A stretch of 64,000 nt of DNA from Lama glama (Eukaryota): positions 106,890,001 through 106,954,000 of the forward strand of contig CM052817.1 of the NCBI GenBank assembly GCA_028534125.1. Direction: 5' to 3'. This document shows, piece by piece, positions 1-11,479 of this stretch. The stretch's first letter is position 1; each line of letters starts with the position of its first letter. The notes below the pieces were generated by a model that saw only the letters and a program-made list of their open reading frames with translations, made no database searches and was not told the origin of the DNA. The position numbers were made by a program, and so were the translations under genes.

Positions 1-1337
1 CTTTCAGATGAACATTTCATAGTCAGGTTCCAATAGCCAACTGGAGGCGAAGATCTAAAAACATAACTAAGAAGCAGCCCATTGTTATGGTTTCTAAATT
101 TGGATTCCGTTTGGAAGGCTGTAATAGTAAGAGCAACTGTCACCTGACACCTCTGGTGTGAAGTAATGTTCTGTAAGCTTTACAAGAGCAGGAAGCCAGC
201 CTGCCTCTCCCCGGAGTCTAACGCCCCAGCACAAGGCAGATACTCAGGGAGCATTTGTGGATTTGATGAATAAATAACGTCTTAAAAGATTAGCCCTGGG
301 ATACTCCGAGTTTTTGCCATCATTTCAAAGTAAGCCCAGGTCTTTTGAATCAAGCAGCCGCCAGACCAAGCTCTTCCCTTTGTGGTTTAGAAATGGAGCG
401 TCTCTGCACAGCACTTAGAGCTGTCACGACCCCGGGGACCAGATGGCTCCCTCCTCTGTAACACTTGCCTCCCGGGGCGGACAGCCTGACGACATGGGAC
501 TGGCACTGTTTCCTCTCAGTTCTTCATAACTACAGTCAAGGCCTCCCGCAGGTGATACTTTTTGGAGCACGCACGCTCTAAATAGCGCCCACGAGATGAA
601 CATTTGAGCGGTCGGGAGATTTTTGAAGCAGAGGAAAGTTCCCCCAAGCTTCCCAGTGATGTGGTTTAAAATATTCCCAGAAAGCCGTCAGTGCTGACAC
701 ACAGGTCAATACCCATTTCTCTAGGCTGGGCTCCCCACGCCACCGAGAATGGCAGCTGCCACGCCTGCCTGAGTGCCGGACTCGAGTCGCAGGGTGGGGC
801 TGGGCTGTTCCCACCCAGCGGCCCAGGGGAGCGGGCGGCCGCGGCCGCGGGCTGGCTTCCCGGGCACGCCGGCCCCCCGCCGCTGCTCACCCAGCAGCCT
901 ACCTCACCCATGAGCGTGGTCAAGCTTGCTTGGGAAGAAGTAGTTCAAACCCTAATTACTGGTCAGTTCAGAATGTCCATCTTTTTGTAAAGGAGTCCAT
1001 CATTTTTCAGGTCAACTTGAAGACCGGGGACAGAACCGATGTCACTGTTTCACCGTGTCTGTCTCCAAAGGTGGTGCACTGACCATTGCTCCCGGGACAG
1101 CCCTGTTTGGCCTCCCGAAGCCGTCTGGGCCAAGGCTGTGTAGATCCTGTAGGTCTTCACATGGTCTGTGTCTCTCTGTCCCGTGCTCGCTCACCTGAGC
1201 CCTTGTCTTCGTTTCAGTGATGCTGGAAACTGCTGTGACTTTCAGGCAAAATTTAGAGCAGATCACAGGGTCTATGACTTAGTGATGTGGGGTCCTAGCT
1301 GCTTTCAATCAAATTTGGGGGAGTTTTAGATAGTAAG

Positions 1338-1360
1338 TGTGTGTGTGTGTGTGTGTGTGT
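1338..1360. repeat. (GT)n microsatellite
   Basis: About 11 GT units, seen directly. Confidence 0.9.
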
Positions 1361-2165
1361 TTAAGGAAGTTCAGGGGGAAGGGATGGACAATTGTCAAAA
1401 TAACTTAAACAGATCTTTAACAAATACTGCATTTTTAACAAATGCTCTCTGTCTGAGTGACAGACAACAGCAAGCTTACAAAACCACGGCGAGTCAACGG
1501 AAGGAGCCATAAAACCAACTGTGAGGGTAGAGGAAAAGCAGAGGGGAGCCCGGGACCTCTGCCGTCAGTGAAAACAAGCTGCAGACAAGGACAAAGTCCA
1601 CTTCCTTAGCCCCTGAAAGGAAACTGAAATTCCAGCGCCAAAGGAGGAGGAACTGCCCATTTTCGTCAGCTTAACTTTCTGTTCTTTTTTTCTATTTTGT
1701 TTTTTCAGTGACTATCTTTGTTAAATTACCCATGATTTAAGATGATAGACAGGTAGACAGATAGAGTTAATGTATATGTATTTTAAATCTATGAAAGTTG
1801 AGATAAAAATTGAGTAATATGCAAACAGGTGTGAGTGTTTATACATGCGTATCTATCTGAATAGATGTTATGTACATAATATATACAAAAATCTCATTTT
1901 GCCCTTGCTTTGTTACCTAGATCATTTCCAAGTCTTCTGCAAAATAAATATTTGCCCTCACTTCAGGTTTTGCTCTGGATAATTTAAAATAGCACTTTGG
2001 GATTGACCAGAAGGGGAAACAGACAGAGGATAAAAGGCCTTCAGTAAAAACCCAGGGTCTCTCTCTGGTTAATCTCACCTTAAATCAGCACAGCCATCAC
2101 CTTCATGTCCCCAAGGGGAACAAAACCGATATGACTGCATTCATACATCATTAAGAAAACACACT

Positions 2166-2297
2166 GGGGTTGGGGGTAGAGCTCAGTGGTCGAGTGTGTG
2201 CTTAGCATGCATGAGGTCCTGGGTTCAATCTCCAGGCCCTCCATTAAATAAATACATCAATAAATAAATGAAGTTAGCTTTATCTTAAAAAAAAAAT
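2166..2297 (+). mobile_element. tRNA-Ala-derived SINE (Vic-1-like)
   Basis: GGGGTAGAGCTCAGTGG...GCTTAGCATGCATGAGGTCCTGGGTTCAATC followed by an A-rich tail. Confidence 0.88.
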
Positions 2298-2546
2298 ACA
2301 GTGTGTCCCAGACACACGCTAGTAATAGTGAATGTTTCTGCACTGCTCTAAAGTTCCTCAATTTTCCCTGCACGTGATGGCCAGCAGTCATCCTTACATC
2401 CTTTGTTTGTTTGTTTGTTTTTTCTTTTCTGTTGCTGCTATGAAAATAGAGTTTATTAAAAACATCCCTGTTCTTTTTTGAGGAGCTTTCACCATTACCT
2501 TGTCTTAAACTAAAAAATAAAGAAAAAAATAGTACTTGTAAGTATG

Positions 2547-2641
2547 ATTTATTTGGTTTTTCAATGGAGGTGCAGGGGATCGAACCCAGGACCTTGCGCA
2601 TGCTAAGCATGTGCTCTGCCGCTGGAGCTGTACCCTCGCCC
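2547..2641 (-). mobile_element. tRNA-Ala-derived SINE (Vic-1-like)
   Basis: Reverse complement of the same SINE head (gaacccaggacc...gcatgctaagc...gagctgtaccctc). Confidence 0.85.
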
Positions 2642-3666
2642 TCATCCTCACATCCTTGTGAGAGAGATATTCTCAATATTGCACTCAAAGTACTGCATTT
2701 TTAGAGATGAGGACGTTGAATCACAGAGATGTTTAGTACCTGCCAAGGTCACGTGGCATCTGAGCAGCAGACAGGTCCGAGGACACAGACGGTGAGCCTG
2801 TGGTTTATATGAAGTGGATCATCCAAGGTGGAAAGTAAACATAAATGCATACATCGTCACGAGGAGAACACTAGGAAGTCTCCCCTGAGCACAGGTGTGT
2901 TCTAAGGGTGGTAACCTGTTTTACAGGTTTCTTTGGCAGTTGGCCTGGTAATTATAAGGCATTTGTTTTCAGGTAATCAATTAAATGGCATATTAGGGAA
3001 GTTGTTCAAAACCTGAATATAGTAAATGAAAAAAAGGGAGGTGGGGTGGGGGTGGGAAGCACTAGGAAATTACACAGCTTCTACCAGGGTTTAATCTGCT
3101 TTTTAAAAATGAGTTGCTAGGGGGCCATGATTGTCTCTAATAAGCTTGAATGAGATTTACTGTAAAAGTGATGGGCAATAAGTAAAAGTGATTTACTCCT
3201 TCTGGAACTTCCACAGCCACATCTGTTGCTAAGAAAGCAGGAGTCAGGAAATAGCTCAGAGCTGCCCTGAAAGGGGTCACTCTGATCCCGGAAAACAAGG
3301 AGACGAAGTTTGTCCTCACTGGGAATTACAGACTAGCAGGAAATCAACAAATATTGTTTTAAAATATCATGAAAGGGAGGGGCAAGTGCTGAGAAGAAGG
3401 AAAGGAAGGGAGGAGACAGGATGCCACGGGGTGCTGTTGTGGGCAGGGTGGGAAAGAGATGTCTCTGCAGAAGGGACAGTTCCATCAAGACAGTAGGAAA
3501 ATAAAAAACAGAGCACTTCAGAGACATGAGGGAAAAGCAGGTCCAGAGGCCCCGAAATGGGAAGAAATAAGAGGGCTGGTGTGGTGGGAGCAGAGTGAGG
3601 AGGTATGCAGAAGCCCATTCCTGGGAGCCTCTCAGCCCACAGGACGGAATTTCATTTCATGATTAA

Positions 3667-4190
3667 TGTACTCAGTGTGGTTCTCCAGAGAAACAGAACC
3701 AGGAGGAGATTATATACAGACGTCTGTACATTGACACACACACACAGAGAGAAAGATTTTAAGGAAGAGGCTCGTGTGATTACGGGACTGACAAAATGGA
3801 CACCCAGGAGAGGCAGTGGTGTGGTTTCCATTCAAATCTGAAGGCCTGATATTCCAGTCCAAAGGCCAAAGTCTTGAGATCCGGGAAGAGCTGATGGTTC
3901 AGATCGAGACTGAAGGCAGGAAAAACAAAAATCAATGTCCCAGCTTGGAATCAGTCAGGCAGGAGGAATTTCCCCTCCTTATGAAAGGGCCAGCTTTGTG
4001 TGCTAGTCAGACCTTCATCTGATTAGATGCGGCCCACCCATATTAGGGAGGGCAGCCTGCTTTCATCCATCTACTGATTCAAATGTTAACCTCATCCAGA
4101 AACACCTGCACAGACACACCCAGAGTGTTTGGCTAAACGTTTGGGTACCCTATGGCAATTTTAAATTGACACAGAAAATGAACTTTCCAC
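3667..4190 (-). mobile_element. MLT2-type (ERV-L) LTR, 3' LTR of a deleted provirus
   Basis: Plus-strand MLT2-like motifs: ggttctccagagaaacagaacc, gcccacccatattagggagggc, tactgattcaaatgttaacctcatccagaaacacc. Confidence 0.75.
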
Positions 4191-4229
4191 TGACCAGAGT
4201 CACAGAGCATGGTAATTAACACTAAGAGA

Positions 4230-4485
4230 CACCCTGCAGGCTGCGGGAGAGACACCACTGTAGAGTGGGTGCTGATTCAGAACCTCGCCCCAGCCACGCA
4301 GGTCCTGCCACCCAGCTGGCACTGTACCTGAGTCTTCAAAAGGCCACTCCAGCATTCTACTGAGCCGGCTGCTTTGGGGTGGTGGGAGAGTTGCAAGACC
4401 AGTGGCGTCCATGAGCACAGACCCACTGCCGCTCTTCATCTGCTGGGAAGTGAGTTTCTGGTTCAGAAGCAATGCTGTGTGGGAC
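4230..4485 (-). pseudogene. ERV-L integrase fossil (frameshifted)
   Basis: Minus-strand frames give VPHSIASEPETHFPADEERQWVCAHGRHWS / HHPKAAGSVECWSGLLKTQVQCQLG / LNQHPLYSGVSP, resembling the ERV-L integrase core. Confidence 0.75.
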
Positions 4486-4489
4486 GCTC

Positions 4490-4556
4490 TTTGACCGAAT
4501 GTCTGGGCATCCCGTGACCCAGTCAAACAGATGGGTGGATCAAATTAACCATCACA
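4490..4556 (-). mobile_element. MLT2 5' LTR remnant
   Basis: Minus strand starts TGTGATGGTTAATTT...TTGACTGGGTCACGGGATGCCCAGACATTCGGTCAAA, as at the MLT2 start. Confidence 0.7.
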
Positions 4557-4559
4557 ATA

Positions 4560-5210
4560 AGCTACGGGGTAAGACATCACAGGGTTCTGAGCAGATCATT
4601 ACATGATCGGGTTACATCTCAGGAGGCTCAGCCTGGCATTTGTGCAGAGAACAGAGTAGGGGACGTAAGAATAAAATCAAGGGGGTTCTGGCAGGAAAGA
4701 GCTGATGGCTTGGACCAGAAGGTGGCGGGGGGACAGAGAGGATATATTTTGAAGGTAGAGTCTACCAGATGTGGTGATGACTTGTACGTGAGTCGTGAGA
4801 GAAGGAAGAGAGTCCATTCCAAGTGTGGGGAGCTGTGGGATTCACTGGTGACCCATGATGCCTGACTAACGTAAGGACCACTGTGGCAGGGGGTGAGATT
4901 TGGGGAGGAAACTGAGGAGTTTGGTGTTGCATACGTAATAATAAAGATTCCCACTAGAAATCAAGTGGAGATTTACAGCAAAAGACAGCTGGATCTGTGA
5001 GTTTAGAGATCCAGAAAGACTCCTGGGCTGGAAAGGTAACCTTGGGAGTTCTCAGCCAGCGTACAGTTCTTTTAAACCCCAGACGTGTACGCAGTAGGAG
5101 AAGATGTGTGGAAAACAAAGGAGAGTCCAAAGACTGAGCCTGTGGGTGCTCAAAGGTGAGGAAGAAGCAGGAGTCAGCAAAGGAGGCTGAGGAGGGATCC
5201 ACGGTGGGCC
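4560..5210 (-). mobile_element. Ancient L2 LINE fragment, probably continuing at ~3370-3620 across the ERV-L
   Basis: L2-like motifs gatggcttggaccag, gatatattttgaaggtagag, cagctggatctgtgagtttagag, ctgggctggaaaggtaaccttgggagt. Confidence 0.65.
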
Positions 5211-6019
5211 TTCTGTGTCCCCAGCTGTCTCTGCTTAGCATGTGTTCTTTTAAACAAGAAGGCCCTGAACCAAGAGAGGACAGGGCATCTGAGTGAAAGC
5301 TGGGGGGGAAGCACACTCTGCCCTCTTTGGAGGAAGACTTTGGGTGGGATCTGCCTGCCACGGCACAAGGGGACTCCAGAAGTACGGCCACCCTTGCGGG
5401 GACAGGCCTGCGGCGTCTGTCACTCTGCTGCAGTCCAGGAGCCTCCCCCAGGGCGGGGACAGGCCACGCGCCTCCGGGCAGAACTCTGACCGTCCTTAGG
5501 TCTGCTTCCCCCAGAGTCCAACATCCATGCGCATCCCAGAGCAGCTCAAAACGCCAGAGTAAGTCAGCAAGAGAAACCTTTCTCCGTGGCGCACGAGTGG
5601 ATTTTCCTGAGTCTTTCCCAAGCTATAAAAAGATATTTCAACAGACAGGAAATAGTTTCCTGATGGACACACTGTCTCCTGAGGGAAACTTCAACTTCTC
5701 GGGAGTCTTTCCAAGTTTCAAGTTGGCTAGAGAATCATCCCACCATCCTTGAAAGGCTTCCTGAGATGCCTTCTCTTGCGTAACTAGCCGTTCAAGTCAC
5801 AAGCAGCGTGATACGATCCGAACCTGACCTTTTAACGTCATCCAGCCCGTGGGATGTCGCCATCTTTACCCCTAACTAGAAACGTTGTTTTAATTAGCTC
5901 GGAGAATCAGGCCCAGGTATATTTGGAGATTGTTTTCCCCCAGTAGCTGCTAGTAGTTCAAGTGGCGAAATCTTTTCCAATATGTGGTCTGTTTCAAAAA
6001 GATCCATTTAACATAACAC

Positions 6020-6462
6020 GTGTATCAGTTCTCTCGTGCTGCAGTAACAAATGACTGCAAATGTAGCGGCTTAAACAACGCAGGTTTATTCTACGAGGGT
6101 TCTGAGATCGGAAGTCTGAACTGACGGGACTGGTTCCTTCTGGAGGGTCCCGGGGAGAATTTGTTCCTTGTCTTTTCCAGCTTCTTAGAAATCACTGGCT
6201 CAGAGCCGCATCACTCCAAATCCTGCTTCTGTCTTCACATCATCTTTTCCCTCCTTGGACTCCTTGTGCCCCTCTGTGTCCCCTTGAGATTACATTTAGA
6301 GCTCACCCACATGATCAGTATAATTTCCTCATTTCAAGATCCTTAACTCCACCACCTCTGTAAAGTCCCTTTGGCCATATAAAGTAACGGTCGCAGGTCC
6401 TAAGAATTAGGAAGCAGATATATCACCGGGGGGGTGGGGAGGGATGTTACAGCCTAACACAC
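6020..6462. mobile_element. MaLR (MLT1-type) LTR
   Basis: tgtatcagtt...gtaacaaatgactgcaaatgtagcggcttaaacaac...ctcatttcaagatccttaac...cagcctaacaca; TG...CA termini. Confidence 0.7.
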
Positions 6463-7387
6463 ATGGCTTTCATTCATTTTGAACACGTGGACCAGCCCAC
6501 ACTATTTCTTAAAACAATGTCTTGTTTCACACATTACAATACAGGCCCATTGATAAAAACCAAGTTTCTCTGTCTGCCAGGCAACCTGCACAATCTTAAT
6601 CTCTCATTTGAAATTCCGTCCTTTACTCTGATTTCCCTCAGTCACTCTCCTCTAGGACCACAAGACCTCATAACAATAATTCCTTCCTTGTCATGGCCCA
6701 TTGATCCAGTCCACATGAAAACTAGCAATCCCCAGTACCTCCATTAAAAACTAAAAATAAATAATAAATATAAATAAAATTAAATTAAAAATAATAATAA
6801 TAACTCCGTATTGACTCACAAAACTGACAGTGCAGGTGTGTGGACAGGCTGAGGCACGGAGGGAAGCTAGCACCCAGTCACATCTGCAGGAATTTCCCGC
6901 TTGCTCCACCTCTTTGATTTGCTGTCTTCTGTTTTATCTCAGGCAAAGGCTGCTGCTTCTAAGCATTTGCCCACAAATGGCTACCAGAAGGGCCAGGGTG
7001 CCAATCGAGCAGCTTGGCAACCCTGGCAGAAGAACACACTGCCTCATTCCTGAAAGTTTGAGCAAAATTTCCAGAGAGAACTCTCCTGGGCTCAACTGAG
7101 GCCATGAGAACATCCATGACACAGTTCCCGTCCCTCATGGGACCTGTGCTCTGACTGGCCAGGCTGAGTCATGTGCTCTCCTTGAAACCCAGGGTGAGAA
7201 TACGGTCCAGGTCACATAACGGAGAAAGCTGGTCTCCCTAACCCAAAGAAAGGTGCAATTAATAGAAGAAGGGGATGTGGATACGGCCAAACAAAATGAT
7301 CAAGTCCACTCTATCCGGGTTGGACCTGAGTGGCGCCTTCTACGTGGAGCATGTAATGGTCTCTGAAGGCAAAGTTACCATCGCCTC

Positions 7388-7447
7388 TTTTTTTTTTTTT
7401 TTTGCATTTTTTTGATTGAAGTACAGTCAGTTTACAGTGTTGTGTCA
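7388..7447 (-). mobile_element. Very short L1 3' tail insertion
   Basis: Poly(T) followed by attgaagtacagtcagtttaca; flanks accatcgcctctt and accgtggcctctt. Confidence 0.65.
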
Positions 7448-8557
7448 CCGTGGCCTCTTAAAGCCAGATCCTTCCCCTTGTCCTCGGGCTGCAGTGTGAA
7501 TCGGTTGTCTGTGGAGTTGCAGATAATACTAGAGTCAGAGGAGAGGGATCTTTTCCCATGCCGAGGGCTAAATCGTGAAAGGACGATTTTCTCACTAAAA
7601 TGACCAAATACTCGAGGATTGTAAAACCACATCGCAGAAATCTGAGTCCATAGTCAGATCTGTAAATCCTGGGGAAATTTTAAAGAAAAGGAGTAATTCA
7701 GTTGTCCAACGGATTGAATAACAACAATGCTAACCTGAGGTGTAGAGCACAGCTCTCTCATTTGCAGTGAGTCACAGGATGGTAGCAGCTACCGAACCGA
7801 ACTTTTGATTTTTCAAAACTCTCTTGACTGAATGAACTAAAAAGGGACTAATAAGACTTTCCATTTCATGGTCTTTAAAGGCTTTTAAAGTTAATTTTCA
7901 CGAACTAGTCCTTGAAGTTAAATATTTTATTCTTGAAGTAAAAAATCTAGATAGGGTTTTTGCTCTTCATCCAAGAGTAGATATGCATTCTTAGTTTGAT
8001 TTAAATTTTTCTCTTATTTGGAAAAGATGACCCAGAGACATAGGAAAAAAATTTATTACATGGATAAAGGGATCTGCAAAATCACAGCAAACACATTTTT
8101 TATACTGATAATATGTGTTATTTCTATTATAATGATAGTCTTGGTTTCTCACCTTTCCTTTGTTACATGATCGTACCAGGCAGTATAATCAGACAAATGT
8201 ATGCTGAATTAAGGAGCAAGCATGAAGCGGGTGCTACCCCCCGATTCTCCTGTTTTGAGTGAGAATTTTATTGCAGCTTGCCCACTGGAAACAACAAAAA
8301 GGGTTTTTTAAATGAGATCATATAAATCACTGAAAAGATAGCAAAAATATCTAAACTTGTATTACAAAATGAGAATTATGTGCTGTTGTAATTAACTCGA
8401 CCACATAGGATGAACAATAAAAAATACACCCTGAGATTCTGACATTCCAGCTCTTCCTGGGAACTGGTCAGACTGTGACACAGTTAAATGTGTTTTATTC
8501 TTTTGTGATTGAATATCTTCTTTCTTGTTTTTGATTTCTTCTCTTTCTTTTTAATTT

Positions 8558-9151
8558 AAGCAACCTAAATGTCCAGAGACAGGTGATTGGATGAAGAAAA
8601 TATAGTACGTATACACACACACACACACACACACACATATATGTGTGTGTGTATGTATATATATATATGTATATATACATACAGTGGAACACTACTCAGC
8701 CATAAAAAAGAATGAAATCATGTCATTTGCAGCAATATGGATGGAGCTAGAGATTATCGTGCTAAGTGAAGTAAGTCAGACAGAGAAAGACAAAAACCAT
8801 ATGCTATCACTTACATATGGAATCTAAAACAATGGCACAAATGAACTTATTTACAAAACAGAAAGAGACTCACAGACATAGAAAACAAACCTATGGTTAC
8901 CAAAGGGGGAAAGGGAGTGGAGGGATAAATTGAGAGTTTGGGATTAACAGATACACACTATTATATATAAAATATATAAACAACAAGGTCCTACTGTATA
9001 GCACAGGGAACTATATTCAATAACTTGTAATAACCTACAATGAAAAAGACTATACATGTATATGTCTAACTGAATCACTTTGCTGTACACCAGAAACTAA
9101 CACAACATTGTAAATCAACTATATTTCAATAAAAAATAAAATAAAATAAAA
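8558..9151 (+). mobile_element. L1 3' end (ORF2 C-terminus, 3'UTR, A-rich tail) with internal (CA)n/(TA)n microsatellite
   Basis: Encodes EHYSAIKKNEIMSFAAIWMELEIIVLSEVSQ (L1 ORF2 C-terminus); typical L1 3'UTR; AATAAA tail. Confidence 0.9.
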
Positions 9152-9704
9152 TGTTTCTATTCTTTAGCTTACAGTTGCATCAGGTTGGGATAAATGCAAG
9201 GTATTTATTCTCTATCTAAATTATTTTTTAAAGTTTTTTTTCCCTTCAAAGCATTCTGTAAAATTCCTGCAACACCTGTCTGCCACTGGGAGTGATACAT
9301 CTCTAGGTAATCACATAAAACCCTAATAAAATAAGGGGATCCTTGTTGCAGCAGGTTTCTGCTCAGAGTTGAATTCATAGACATTCCAATCAGGAAGTGA
9401 AATGATTTTTAAAGGAATTCCAATATTGTTTGCATACACCAAGTAATAGTGAAAGAGACTCTACTTTAAATCAAATCAAGAGACTTCTGAAATGTGTCTC
9501 TCCCTCAGTGTGCCTTAAGTCTCTCCCTCCTTGTGACTCCTCACAGTCCCCTCAGATGCCAAACCCACAGTCCTTGCTGGGGTCCTGCCCACGCACCCTC
9601 TGGTCCTCTGCGGCTCAGCCCCTCTCCCAGCCAGTGTGTTATATGGTGAGATTAGCCTCTCGGAATAAACTGCTCAAAATCTACTTCCACTGACTGTGAG
9701 ACTA

Positions 9705-9845
9705 GGGGGAGGGTAGAGCTCAGTGGCAGAGTGCCTGCCTAGCATGCATGAGGTCCTGGGTCCAATCCCCAGGACCTACATTTAAGAAAAGTAAATAAAT
9801 AAAGCTAATTACCCCCTCCCCTCCAAAAAGGAAAACAAACAGACC
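9705..9845 (+). mobile_element. tRNA-Ala-derived SINE (Vic-1-like)
   Basis: GGGGGAGGGTAGAGCTCAGTGG head, taattacccc tail segment, A-rich end. Confidence 0.88.
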
Positions 9846-10040
9846 GCAACACAAAAGACTGGGAAACTCAGCAGTTAAGTGAAAACAATCCCCAAGGGGC
9901 AAGAGATAGGAGATCCTTTGCAGAGAAAAACAAACTTCTCTAAAGCCAGAGGGAGGTCAATGGGGGAGCAGACGAGGAATAATATGCAGCCCCAAATCTT
10001 GGCCCTCGTGTTTCTATAACTTTCTGCGCTGGCGTTGCTT

Positions 10041-10161
10041 CTTTCTTTTTTTTTTTTTAATTTAATTTTATTAAAGAAATATTTTTAACAGAGGTACTGG
10101 GGATTGAACCCGGGACCCCGTGCATGCTAAGCACGTGCTCTACCATGGAAATACCCCCTCC
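10041..10161 (-). mobile_element. tRNA-Ala-derived SINE with TSD
   Basis: Poly(T) plus reverse-complement head; flanking near-duplicate ctg(g/c)cgttgcttct. Confidence 0.88.
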
Positions 10162-10409
10162 TTCTGCCGTTGCTTCTTGCTTCGGCCTGCGTGACTCACA
10201 TCAGGTAAGACAGGGTTAGAAGGGGTTTCACAGCCATCTGCTTTTCACGAGGATAAAATAACTTCCAAACTGCGTCTGAACTAAAAAGCCTTCCCCAGTG
10301 CCCAGAAATCGTGGGTGCCAAGGCAGTTTCAAGGAAAACCATTTGTGCAACCTTCTTGGACATATTAGCAATTCAGTCGCTGACTGATCATTCACAGAGC
10401 CACGAGTGA

Positions 10410-10610
10410 GGTCCAGCCTCTGGAGCTGGCCTGGCTGGATTCACATTCCAGCTCCACAGCTTTCTAACTGCAACGTGGGCGAAGATGCTCATCTCCCTGT
10501 GCCTCAGCGTCTTGATATTATCTGTCTTACAGGGTTGTGACAGATCGACCTGTCCCTAAACGTGACATGCTTACGCCATGCCTGACACACAGGAAGGGCT
10601 CAGTGTATCG
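10410..10610. mobile_element. MIR SINE
   Basis: ctggattcacattccagctcc...ctccctgtgcctcag...cagggttgtga core. Confidence 0.6.
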
Positions 10611-11479
10611 AAGGTATCACCATTCATGTCCACTCTCACTGAGTCTACACAGACACATTGCTGTGGGACAGCAGGATATTGCCTGCTTTTAGTATATTTA
10701 TGGCGTAGAAAGATTTCTGCAGGATGCAGTACACATCATAATGCTGTCCACTTCTAGGTTATTTACTTAGACTAGAAAATCATAGTAACGCTCAGAGTCT
10801 CCTGCAAGCAAAAGTCTGCATCTCTGAAGAGAAGGTACGTAGAAGCTGTGTCCACAAATACCCAGGGTGAGCTTTTCGACTGAATTCACATTTGACAGAC
10901 ACATGGTTGGCCAGTGGTCTGCTTTTCCCGAATCTGAAAGGACTGCTCTGGGAACTTGGGATTCGGCATTTACGTTGTGGTCTGGCCTGGACCACCCCAG
11001 AGCTGTGTTGAGGCAAGGCTCAAAGGCTGGCCGTTGTCTTGCTGGCCCAGGTCACCCCCTCACACAGCTTGACAGTAACAGGCTTAGAGCCTCATTCAAT
11101 TTTGCCACAGTTTCAGATGCATTTTGTTAGGTCCAATTTACTGGTTCTGAAGCTGGCTGTATTTTGGGACTTCAATGCTCTTGTTGATCATGGAAGCATC
11201 TTTAGTCTCTTCCCTTGTTTTCTGCTCCAAATTTGGATTAGCTTTTACCCTCTGCTCTAAGCCTTCCCTCCCAGGTTACAGCCTCGCAGTTTTCTCTTAT
11301 CTGTAATAGAAAGGAGCAGTTAACAGGATAATGTAGTGCTCTTAATGTCAATGAGAAACGATTAATAGAAGAGTCTGGTACAGGTCCCAGCTCTGTGACG
11401 AATGATGGGTTGGTCTGTCCACATTTTGAAATCATAGTTTTCTTATCGAAGGTTTGACTCAGCTCTGAAAACATATGCA

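Noticed and set aside
576..585. MEF2-like site ctctaaatag
   Set aside because: Does not fit the YTAWWWWTAR consensus.
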